DNA of 64,000 bases from positions 52,824,001 to 52,888,000 of the forward strand of contig OZ024750.1 in assembly GCA_964016885.1 (NCBI GenBank), given 5' to 3'. Positions 38,100 to 49,700 of this stretch are shown one piece after another (the stretch's first letter is position 1; each line of letters begins with the position of its first letter). The notes beneath the pieces were generated by a model that saw nothing but the letters and a program-made list of their open reading frames with translations, made no database searches and was not told where the DNA came from. This DNA is from Eledone cirrhosa (Eukaryota). The translations under genes and the position numbers were made by a program.

Positions 38100-38940
38100 A
38101 AGTTGGGTTGGAAGTGGTATCATGACTGGCAGGTGTAAAATCAGTCAGCTGGAATTTGCAGACGATATGATGTTACTCAACTCGACAGAAGGTGATCTTT
38201 GACTTGAACTTGATAGGTTTGATGTCGAGTGCTGCATGGAAGGAATGAAAATCAGTGCTGCGAAACTGAGACACTCGTCCTCCCAAGGAAGCCTGTGTAG
38301 TGTACTCTACATGTGAATGGAGTTCCACTGAAGCAGGTAGAGAAGTTCAAGTATCTTTGGACCATGTTCACGAGTGATGGAAGGCAGGAGGCTGAAGTGC
38401 AAGAATTGCAGGAGCTGATGCAGTAATGTGCCAGTTTCAGTATTCAGTAATCAGAAGGAGGGAGGTAGGTGTAGAAGCAAGACTCGCTGTCTTCAATTTC
38501 GTATTTGTGCCAACCTTTACCTATGATCATGAATCTTGGCTAATGACTAAAAGAATACGATCGCAAATACATGTGGCTGAAATGGGGTCCCTCTGAAGGA
38601 TCATTGGAGTAATATTATTGATAAAGTATGTAACTCGGAGATCAGAGAGTCACTCCAGGTAGAGGTGCTACGTCTCCGAATTCAGAGATCACAGCTCCAA
38701 TACTATGGGCATGTGGTTAAAATGTCTCAGCTGGATGGGCAAAACCAACTGGCAGGAGACCAAAGGATAGATCTCGAGCAAGATGGTTGGATAACATCCA
38801 TGAGCTTGGCTGGTATCACTTGGGGATCCGGCTGGATCTGTTGGAGATGGTTGCTTCCGACGGGACCCATTGGAAGGAGTGTTAAGGTTGAGGACTCTGC
38901 CCCCACGAACCTCTCAGGAAAAAGTGGGTGAAGAAGAAGT
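38100..38940 (+). mobile_element. Decayed RTE LINE of a different (Rex3/Expander-like) family, (GAA)n tail
   Basis: By-eye translation gives LEFADDM..GMKISAAK..LKQVEKFKYL..TSDGR, and the ORF has RIQRSQLQYYGHVVKM. The element ends GAAGAAGAAG. Confidence 0.75.
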
Positions 38941-39174
38941 TAATGATAAAGAATAAATTATATATATATTGATATATATATGTGTTTATATTTATATCTG
39001 TATTTTTGACCATTGGTCAGTCAATGATAAACATTGAGGACCAAATGAATTAACTATGGAGATATAAAAGATACAGAAGCGAAAACCAACCTAACAGTGA
39101 GTGTGTTCTGTAATTATTTCTGGCAATATTATTACAACAATATGACCCTCCCCAAGTATAACGATATATATATA

Positions 39175-40449
39175 TCATCATCAGCATCATCATCATCATC
39201 ATCATCTTCATTTAACGTCCATTTTCCACGCCAGCATGGGTTAGACGGGAGTTGTCCCACTTGAGGCAAAGTTGGTCGGGTGACCGTGTCTCGCTCATAT
39301 AGGACTATCTGGCAGGTTTCTACAGCTGGATGCCCTTCCTAACACCAACCACATTTACAGTGTGGGACTGGGAACCTTTTACCGTGTTACCTACACGGCC
39401 ACATTACACCGTGGACTGTGTTTTTTTCTCGTGACACCTACACGATCTCGATCTCATTTATCTCATTTATTTGGACTGGATGTTGTGGTACCAACTTTAT
39501 AGAGAGAGGGTGGTGTTGGTGGGAGTGGGAGGATAGGGTAGGCGTAGTGGATTGGGGTGTATATTTGGTTAAGAGGTGCCTACTGACTGTAGGTTTCGCT
39601 TTGTACATAGGCAAGGTGGGTCTTCTGTATTACTGCGTAGCGCCAAAGATCTCGGTCCAGTGACATTGTCTTAGAGAGGTGCAAGTGTGTAAGGTCAGAA
39701 TTTATTAAATCGTCCCAGGTTTTTCTGGGTCTACCTACTCCATAACTACCATCAATTTTGATCGCCCTGCACTTTTTTATATAGCTGTCGTCTTTCATGT
39801 GCATCACGTGGCCATACCAACATAGTCTTCTCTCAAGTAAACAGCATCTGATCCCTTTTATTCCTAATTTCTCACTTAGTTCATTTATGCTTTGCCGTTC
39901 ACGTATATTACTATTACACATCCAATGGAGCATGTATGCTTAGTTCCTTTCCAGTCTGCGCAGGTCCTCTGCACGTAATGCCCATGTCTCACTGCCATGT
40001 AGCATTGCTGTTCGTATACAAGCATCATACAATCTGCCTTGCATTTTCAGAGAGAAACCTTTTGTGGCCAACTGCGGTATCAGCTCTCTGAACTTTTTCC
40101 ATCCCGTTCTGACTCTGGCTACTGTACTTTCAGAACACCCTCCACCACTGCTGATTTCGTCACCCAGGTAACGGAAAGTGTCTACTATTTCTATAGAACC
40201 ATCTGGGCAATAGAAGGGGCTAGTATCCTGTGGACACTTGCTACCTATTGCACCTGAGCATCAGCCACATATAAAGTCTACGTTCTTAGATAGTTTACCT
40301 GTGATCCCACTACATCTTTTATGTACCCATACTTTGCATTTGGGACATAAAATTGAATTTCTGCCTACTCCTTTCCTACACACTGAGCATGGCCATTTCC
40401 CTGAGGTTACCTGTGCCTTATTTTCCTTTCTACAAACTAGGACTTTAGT
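39175..40449 (-). mobile_element. RTE LINE (PHD-finger family), 5'-truncated at (TA)n
   Basis: Closely similar to 18890-20150. ORFs 39580-39933 and 40261-40479; (CAT)n tail. Confidence 0.92.
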
Positions 40450-40561
40450 ATATATATATATATATATATATATATACAAAGTTTTATTTAAATTGTTGGG
40501 TTACAACGAGTAAATATTTATAACTGATATAAAAGCACTCAACAAGTATTTGGAGTATATT

Positions 40562-40797
40562 TACGATATTAAATAAATGGAAACTATATTTATAAAACCA
40601 TATTTATTTCATTATACATATTTCAGGGCTATCATATTAAAAATATGGCATGCCTTCATCAGACAAAATACAATATAAACAGTCTTATAAATAGATAGAT
40701 TTGACATACCTTACAACTTCAACTTCCATTTAAAAAGTTGATTTGAATGAAATAAATATGGTTTTATAAATATAGTTTCCATTTATTTAATATCGTA
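40562..40797. repeat. Fold-back element (~52-bp arms) with an HHR-like core in the spacer
   Basis: TACGATATTAAATAAATGGAAACTATATTTATAAAACCATATTTATTTCATT and its reverse complement at ~40747-40797. Confidence 0.88.
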
Positions 40798-40873
40798 TAT
40801 ATATATATATATATATATATACTTTGTTTTTGAATTTGTTTTGCAAGATTTCTGAAAATCTGTGTTGAAATAG

Positions 40874-40969
40874 ATATTGTTATAGTTTGGGAGGATCATG
40901 CTGACAATAAAAACCAACTGGTGCATGTGTTTTTATTGGCAGCATGACCCTCCCAAAGTATAACGATAT
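40874..40969. repeat. ~41-bp-arm hairpin of a dispersed motif
   Basis: ATATTGTTATAGTTTGGGAGGATCATGCTGACAATAAAAAC / GTTTTTATTGGCAGCATGACCCTCCCAAAGTATAACGATAT. Single arms also occur at ~26362-26420 and ~39139-39165. Confidence 0.82.
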
Positions 40970-41246
40970 ATATAATTATATATTGCTACCAGCGATAATT
41001 CCGAATGGAAGAATTATCACGTGATTAACAGTCCACAGAAGGGCAATGGTAGTTGGACAATGGCAAGTAATGGGCCTATTCAGTCCTATTCAGCCAAATT
41101 TTATACTGTACCATAGGTAAAAATCTTTTCTGATCCTGTTTACCTTTCCCAAATATTTTATTATGCTCTGATTAATTGATTTTTATTAATTCCCTCAATG
41201 AGCAAAAATGGTATTGGTTGGACTCCCTCATATGTATGTCTATACT

Positions 41247-41289
<43 letters not shown>

Positions 41290-41904
41290 ATAATAATAAT
41301 AAAATTGAAGACTAAAATCCAAAGAGGGCTCAATAAGGAAAATGTATATCAAATATATAAGAACCGTAGAGCAAATATTTATTAAAATGTTACTAGAGAG
41401 ACGTATCTGTTTGCGTGTATGTATTTATTTGTTTCTATTACTTTGTTCTTAACTCTGTAGCAGAGATTCATTTGGTCTCCTAGTTAGAATTTTAGTCTAC
41501 AACTTCTGCTATACTATTTACGTGGTTTTGTCTTTGCGTGCTATTGTTCTCCACGCTCCACATATGACTTATTATCTTCGTTTTTTCGTTCATTGCCAGA
41601 GAACGTCTCTATGCACCACCTAAGAGAACATTAGTCTACGACCTCTTTTATACCATAAACGTGGTTCTGTATTTGCGCGTAATTGTTTTTCACCGCTCCT
41701 ATTAATGACGTATTATTCGTTTTTTCCCGTTCTTTGCCAGCGAACGTTTCCACGAACCAAAGTATCATCTTCCTGTCTTCCTCCGGTTGCAACGTTTTTT
41801 GAAATATCCAGTTCTGCGTTTACAGATTGACTTTGTTAGTTTCAGAAGATCCCGTTAAGGGTGAAAGCAGAGATTCTTTGCTTAAACTTCAATCTGTTAT
41901 TTTA

Positions 41905-41940
<36 letters not shown>

Positions 41941-43065
41941 CCTCAATTAATTTGTTAATTACTCCCCAATGATAGAGTATAAACTATATATACATGATTT
42001 TTGATGATTTAGTATAAAAGAATAATTAATGATAAAATAAAACTGTATTTTTAAAAATGAGTCCCATGAGATTGTGTGGCCTTAAACTATAACTTATTTA
42101 GCTTATAGGTAAGTCCAGCACTGGAGAAGGTATATATTAGATTACATTATCCAGTATTTCCTTTCAGAAGGCAGGGCATGATTTGAGGTATATTTAGCTC
42201 CTATTTCTAGGGGTTACTGTTATCGGATTGTTTATAACATAATTTCAATTCCTAGTTGAATCCGTATAACTGACCTTACATCATTGTTGTCTTCGAGAAA
42301 GGCATGACCATCACAGAATCTCATTTGTTTTAAATCCCTTTTAAATCTAACACTGTGTTTGTTTAATGGTTTTGTTTGAAAGTAGGAAGCAGTGATAATG
42401 ACTTTTATAACCAAAGCTGTATTATTCATAAGGTTAGCTTGGCTGAAACCTAGGAGCCCGTCATTTCTTTTGCTGTAGTAAGGTAAGGGTTCTGCCTGCT
42501 ACTGGTTCCATGTAACCCAGTACAACCTGATTCATGATGGAATGGTCAGCAACTAAACTGGCTTTCCCACCAGACTCTGATCTGGTTGGTGAGGAGGTTA
42601 AGTGGAACCTCAGCAGCATAAAAATAACATGAGCTATTAAAGGGTGGATGAACTCTTCAAACTCAATGGTCATGTACCTGAGCTCTGGATTAAATAGCCT
42701 CACCAACCTGCAATTGGCCAAGTGTGGTGAGTACAGCTACACCAATGAAGACATGGTGAGTACTGATACACCCAACATGGTGAGTACAGCTACACCCTTG
42801 AAAACATGACAAAAACCAAATACAGTGAAGGTCAACTAGGGAGGTGCTCTTCCAACAGGAATAAGAAGGTGAAAGACTGAAGTTCCAGAAGAGGCCGAAA
42901 ATACCTGAAAGACTCGTCAGATTGATGCAGTTGTTTCAACAGCTGCAAATTAATACATATGTGGAAAGAGAATTCACAATGAAACTAAAGAGTTATTTCA
43001 ACCATACAATATCTCCATTTAATTACCAGCCACTTTAAAGAATGAACTAGGTAATATCATAGCAT

Positions 43066-45582
43066 CAACACTAGAGAGGTTGTCATGTCTGACAAGACTA
43101 AAGAGTATTTTATAGTTTACAGTCACAATTTACCATGAGACCAACACTAGAGAGGTTGTCATGTACTTAACAAGACTAAAGAGTACTTTATAGTTTACAG
43201 TCATAATTTACCATGAGACCAACACTAGTGAGGTTGTCATGTACTTAACAAGACTAAATAGTACTTTATAGTTTACAGTCATAATTTACCATGAGACCAA
43301 CACTAGTGAGGTTGTCATGTACTTAACAAGACTAAATAGTACTTTATAGTTTACAGTCATAATTTACCATGAGACCAACACTAGAGAGGTTGTCATGTAC
43401 TTAAGAAGACTAAATAGTACTTTATAGTTTACAGTCACAATTTACCATCAGACTAACACTAGTGAGGTTGTCATGTACTTAACAAGACTAAATAGTACTT
43501 TATAGTTTACAGTCACAATTTACCATGAGACCAACACTAGTGAGGTTGTCATGTACTTAACAAGACTAAATAGTACTTTATAGTTTACAGTCATAATTTA
43601 CCATGAGACCAACACTAGAGAGGTTGTCATGTACTTAAGAAGACTAAATAGTACTTTATAGTTTACAGTCACAATTTACCATCAGACTAACACTAGTGAG
43701 GTTGTCATGTACTTAACAAGACTAAATAGTACTTTATAGTTTACAGTCACAATTTACCATGAGACCAACACTAGTGAGGTTGTCATGTACTTAACAAGAG
43801 TAAATAGTACTTTATAGTTTACAGTCACAATTTACCATGAGACCAACACTAGAGAGGTTGTCATGTACTTAACAAGACTAAAGAGTATTTTATAGTTTAC
43901 AGTCACAATTTACCATGAGACCAACACTAGAGAGGTTGTCATGTACTTAACAAGACTAAATAGTACTTTATAGTTTACAGTCACAATTTACCATGAGACC
44001 AACACTAGAGAGGTTGTCATGTACTTAACAAGACTAAATAGTACTTTATAGTTTACAGTCACAATTTACCATGAGACCAACACTAGAGAGGTTGTCATGT
44101 ACTTAACAAGACTAAAGAGTATTTTATAGTTTACAGTCACAATTTACCATGAGACCAACACTAGAGAGGTTGTCATGTACTTAACAAGACTAAATAATAC
44201 TTTATAGTTTACAGTCACAATTTACCATGAGACCAACATTAGTGAGGTTGTCATGTACTTAACAAGACTAAATAGTAGTTTATAGTTTACAGTCACAATT
44301 TACCATGAGACCAACACTAGTGAGGTTGTCATGTACTTAACAAGACTAAATAGTACTTTATAGTTTACAGTCACAATTTACCATGAGACCAACACTAGTG
44401 AGGTTGTCATGTACTTAACAAGAGTAAATAGTACTTTATAGTTTACAGTCACAATTTACCATGAGACCAACACTAGAGAGGTTGTCATGTACTTAACAAG
44501 ACTAAATAATACTTTATAGTTTACAGTCACAATTTACCATGAGACCAACACTAGTGAGGTTGTCATGTACTTAACAAGACTAAATAGTACTTTATAGTTT
44601 ACAGTCACAATTTACCATGAGACCAACACTAGAGAGGTTGTCATGTACTTAACAAGACTAAATAGTATTTTATAATTTACAGTCATAATTTACCATGAGA
44701 CCAACACTAGAGAGGTTGTCATGTACTTAACAAGACTAAATAGTACTTTATAGTTTACAGTCATAATTTACCATGAGACCAACACTAGTGAGGTTCTCAT
44801 GTACTTAACAAGACTAAATAGTACTTTATAGTTTACAGTCATAATTTAGCATGAGACCAACACTAGAGAGGTTGTCATGTACTTAACAAGACTAAAGAGT
44901 ACTTTATAGTTTACAGTCACAATTTACCATGAGACCAACACTAGATAGGTTGTCATGTACTTAACAAGACTAAATAGTACTTTATAGTTTACAGTCACAA
45001 TTTACCATGAGACCAACACTAGAGAGGTTGTCATGTACTTAACAAGACTAAATAGTACTTTATAGTTTACAGTCACAATTTACCATGAGACCAACACTAG
45101 AGAGGTTGTCATGTACTTAACAAGACTAAATAGTACTTTATAGTTTACAGTCATAATTTACCATGAGACCAACACTAGATAGGTTGTCATGTACTTAACA
45201 AGACTAAATAGTACTTTATAGTTTACAGTCACAATTTACCATGAGACCAACACTAGATAGGTTGTCATGTACTTAACAAGACTAAATAGTACTTTATAGT
45301 TTACAGTCATAATTTACCATGAGACCAACACTAGAGAGGTTGTCATGTACTTAACAAGACTAAATAGTACTTTATAGTTTACAGTCACAATTTACCATGA
45401 GACCAACACTAGAGAGGTTGTCATGTACTTAACAAGACTAAATAGTACTTTATAGTTTACAGTCACAATTTACCATGAGACCAACACTAGTGAGGTTGTC
45501 ATGTACTTAACAAGACTAAATAGTACTTTATAGTTTACAGTCACAATTTACCATGAGACCAACACTAGTGAGGTTGTCATGT
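43066..45582. repeat. 78-bp satellite, ~32 copies
   Basis: Unit CCAACACTAGAGAGGTTGTCATGTACTTAACAAGACTAAATAGTACTTTATAGTTTACAGTCACAATTTACCATGAGA. The phase repeats at 43141, 43921, 44701 and 45481. Confidence 0.98.
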
Positions 45583-45652
45583 CCATCTGTATGTTTAAAG
45601 AATCTTTACAATGATTCAAGGTTGAAGAACCACAACAGTCCAGCAGACTAAC

Positions 45653-45733
45653 CACACAGCCATGGAATTCCAATAATTTTGTGATTTTATTTCTGTATAT
45701 CATCTCCCAACTGTTCAATTCATCGGAAAACAA
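45653..45733 (-). CDS. Candidate 81-nt internal coding exon of an unidentified host gene (LFSDELNSWEMIYRNKITKLLEFHGCV)
   Basis: Acceptor CTTTTCTATTTTATTTAG, donor GTTAGT, phase 0/0, only one open frame, non-repetitive context. Confidence 0.45.
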
Positions 45734-46753
45734 CTAAATAAAATAGAAAAGTGAGGGAAAAGCGAAAGGAACTGTTAATACTATCACAACAAAAATAAGC
45801 TTTTTATTTGTTGACAGATTACACAGAAAGTGAAATAAACATTTCAAAAATTTAACCATTACATGAATAAATTTGCTAATCTGAAATAAGAAATTAAAAA
45901 AAGAATTCTTTTTGTCTGTGTGTCTGTGTATTTATTCTATAATTGCCTGGATAGAGATATTAAAAGAAAGGAGGGAAAAATATAACCCACAAAATCGACA
46001 ATTTTATAAGATTGTCTTGAAAGTTTATTTTACTTAGCCGAAAGCAAGAAAAAAATGAAAAAAAATATAAAAAATATAAGACTATTATTATTGATTTCAT
46101 GGGCATTACGTCGTCTTGAGAAAATCTTTTATTTCAATAACTTTACAACAAAACAACAACAATTTTATGACAAAACAACAGGCGTCCTGTCACTTTCTTA
46201 ACCTTCTCTTCTGTCCTTTCTTTTCACACTAAGCTCTTCGCTGATGTCAGCCATTTCCCATCAATAGATTCTGTGAGAATTCATAAAAACGGAGGTTTTT
46301 GACTACTGAACATCTCATTCATGTTTAACGTTCACAATCATCGCAGGATTTTCATCATCATCATCATCATCATCATCATTTATTGCCCGCCTCTCTGCTG
46401 GCAAGTATTGAAGAGATTGTCACAGACAATATGTGACTCCAGCACTACCTCTTTTCAAAGAGTACTGGGTGCATTTTATTGTGGCACCAGTATGAGCACT
46501 TTAGTAAGTGGGCTGAGTGCATTTTATCATGACAACCACTACCACTTTACAGGGTATACTGGGTGCATTTTATCATGGCACTAGCTCTGATAATACGTTA
46601 CAGGAAGGGATAAGAGCATTTTATCATAGCAACACTACTTCCATTTTATAATATAGACTGGTGAACAACACTACCACTTTACAGTGTGGGTTGGTGCACC
46701 ATAACAGCAACACTACCACTTTACAGTGTGGGTTGGTGCACCATAACAGCAAC

Positions 46754-49700
46754 GTAGTAGTGCGGTATAGTGTAGTAGTGTGGTAGAGTAGAGTAGTGTG
46801 GTATAGTGTAGTAGTGTGGTATAGTGTATAAGTATGGTATAGTGTAGTAGTGTAGTCTAGTACAGTAGTGTGGTATAGTGTAGTAGTGTGGTATAGTGTA
46901 GTAGTGTGTTATAGTGTAGTAGGGTGGTACAGTAGAGTAGTGTGGTATAGTGTAATAGTGTGGTATAGTGTAGTAGTGTGGTATGGTACAGTAGTGTGGT
47001 ATAGTGTAGTAGTGTTGTATAATACAGTAGTGTGGTATAGTGTAGTAGTGTGGTATAATGCAGTAGTGTGGTAAAGTGTAGTAGTGTGGTATAGTACAGT
47101 ATTGTGGTATAGTGTAGTAGTGTAGTATAGTGTAATAGTGTGGTATAGTGTAGTAGTGTTGTATAGTACAGTAGTGTGGTATAGTGTAGTAGTGTGGTAT
47201 AGTGTAGTAGTGTGGTATAGTACAGTAGTGTGGTATAGTGTAGTAGTGTGGTATAGTGTAGTAGTGTGGTATATATAGTACAGTAGTGTGGTATAGTGTA
47301 GTAGTGTGTTATAGAACAGTAGTGTGGTATAGTGTAGTAGTGTGATATAGTGTTGTAGCGTGGTATAGTACAGTAGTGTGGTATGGCGTAGTAGTGTGGT
47401 ATAGTACACTAGTGTGGTATAGTGTAGTAGTGTGGTATAGTGTAGTAGTGTGGTATAGTACAGAAGTGTTGTATAATGTAGTAGTGTGGTATAGTGTAGT
47501 AGTGTGGTATATATAGTACAGTAGTGTGGTATAGTGTAGTAGTGTGTTATAGAACTGTAGTGTGGTATAGTGTAGTAGTGTGATATAGTGTTGTAGCGTG
47601 GTATAGTACAGTAGTGTGGTATGGCGTAGTAGTGTGGTATAGTACACTAGTGTGGTATAGTGTAGTAGTGTGGTATAGTGTAGTAGTGTGGTATAGTGTA
47701 GTAGTGTGGTATAGTACAGTAGTGTGGTATAGTACAGTGGTGTGGTATAGTGTAGTAGTGTGGTATAGTATAGTAGAGTGATATAATGTAGTAGTGTGGT
47801 ATAGTGTAGTAGTGTGGTATAGTACAGTAGTGTGGTATTGTGTAGTAGTGTGGTATAGTAGAGTAGTGTGGTATAGTACTGTAGTGTGGTATAGTGTAGT
47901 AGTGTGGTATAGTGTACTAGTGTGGTATAGTACAGTAGTGTGGTATAGTACTGTAGTATGGTATAGTGTAGTAGTGTAGTATTGTACAGTAGTGTGGTAT
48001 AGTACAGTAGTGTGGTATAGTACAGTAGTGTGGTATATATAGTACAGTAGTGTGGTATTGTACAGTAGTGCGGTATAGTGCAGTAGTTTTGTATAGTGTA
48101 GTAGTCTCGTATAGTACTGTAGTGTGGTATATATAGTACCATAGTGTGGTATCATACAGTAGTGTGGTATAGTACAGTAGTGTGGTATAGTGTAATAGTG
48201 TGGTATAGTACAGTAGTGTGGTATAGTGTAGTAGTGTGGTATAGTGTATTAGTGTGGTATAGTGTAGTAGTATGGTATAGTACAGTAGTGTGGTATAGTA
48301 CAGTAGTGTGGTATAGTGTAGTTGTGTGGTATAGTGTAGTAGTGTGGTATAGTACAGTAGTGTTGTATAGTGTAGTTGTGTTGTATAGTGTATTAGTATG
48401 TTATAGTGTAGTAGTGTAGTCTAGTACAGTAGTGTGGTATAGTGTAGTAGTGTGGTATAGTGTAGTAGTGTGTTATAGTGTAGTAGTGTGGTATAGTGTA
48501 GTAGTGTGGTATGGTACAGTAGTGTGGTATAGTGTAGTAGTGTTGTATAATACAGTAGTGTGGTATAGTGTAGTAGTGTGGTATAATGCACTAGTGTGGT
48601 AAAGTGTAGTAGTGTGGTATAGTACAGTATTGTGGTATAGTGTAGTAGTGTAGTATAGTGTAATAGTGTGGTATAGTGTAGTAGTGTTGTATAGTACAGT
48701 AGTGTGGTATAGTGTAGTAGTGTGGTATAGTGTAGTAGTGTGGTATAGTACAGTAGTGTGGTATAGTGTAGTAGTGTGGTATAGTGTAGTAGTGTGGTAT
48801 ATATAGTACAGTAGTGTGGTATAGTGTAGTAGTGTGTTATAGAACAGTAGTGTGGTATAGTGTAGTAGTGTGATATAGTGTTGTAGCGTGGTATAGTACA
48901 GTAGTGTGGTATGGCGTAGTAGTGTGGTATAGTACACTAGTTTGGTATAGTGTAGTAGTGTGGTATAGTGTAGTAGTGTGGTATAGTGTAGTAGTGTGGT
49001 ATAGTACAGAAGTGTTGTATAATGTAGTAGTGTGGTATAGTGTAGTAGTGTGGTATATATAGTATCAGTAGTGTGGTATAGTGTAGTAGTGTGTTATAGA
49101 ACAGTAGTGTGGTATAGTGTAGTAGTGTGATATAGTGTTGTAGCGTGGTATAGTACAGTAGTGTGGTATGGCGTAGTAGTGTGGTATAGAGTAGTAATGT
49201 GGTATAGAACACTAGTGTGGTATAGTTCAGTAGCGTGGTATAGTACAGTAGTGGGGTGTAATGTAGTAGTGTGGTATAGTGCATTAGTGTGGTATAGCAC
49301 AGTAGTGTGGTATAGTGTAGTAGTGTGGTATAGTGTAGTAGTGTGGTATAGTGTAGTAGTGTGGTATAGTACAGTAGTGTGGTATAGTACAGTGGTGTGG
49401 TATAGTGTAGTAGTGTGGTAAAGTATAGTAGAGTGATATAATGTAGTAGGTGGGTATAGTGTAGTAGTGTGGTATAGTGTAGTAGTGTGGTATAGTGTAC
49501 TAGTGTGGTATAGTACAGTAGTGTGGTATAGTACTGTAGTATGGTATAGTGTAGTAGTGTAGTATCGTACAGTAGTGTGGTATAGTACAGTAGTGTGGTA
49601 TATATAGTACAGTAGTGTGGTATTGTACAGTAGTGCGGTATAGTGCACTAGTTTTGTATAGTGTAGTAGTCTCGTATAGTACTGTAGTGTGGTATATATA

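Noticed and set aside
42420-43000. 86-aa ORF and possible LINE 3' remnant
   Set aside because: No recognisable motifs in the ORF, only a faint CR1/Jockey-like WNSL resemblance nearby, which is too weak to call.
15195-45582. CRISPR-like appearance of the 26-78 bp arrays
   Set aside because: The units are contiguous with no unique spacers, no cas genes are present, and the context is eukaryotic.
46203-46270. Second possible minus-strand exon (MADISEELSVKRKDRRE)
   Set aside because: The donor is weak (GTTAAG), its phase is incompatible with the 45653-45733 exon, and the other frames contain stops.
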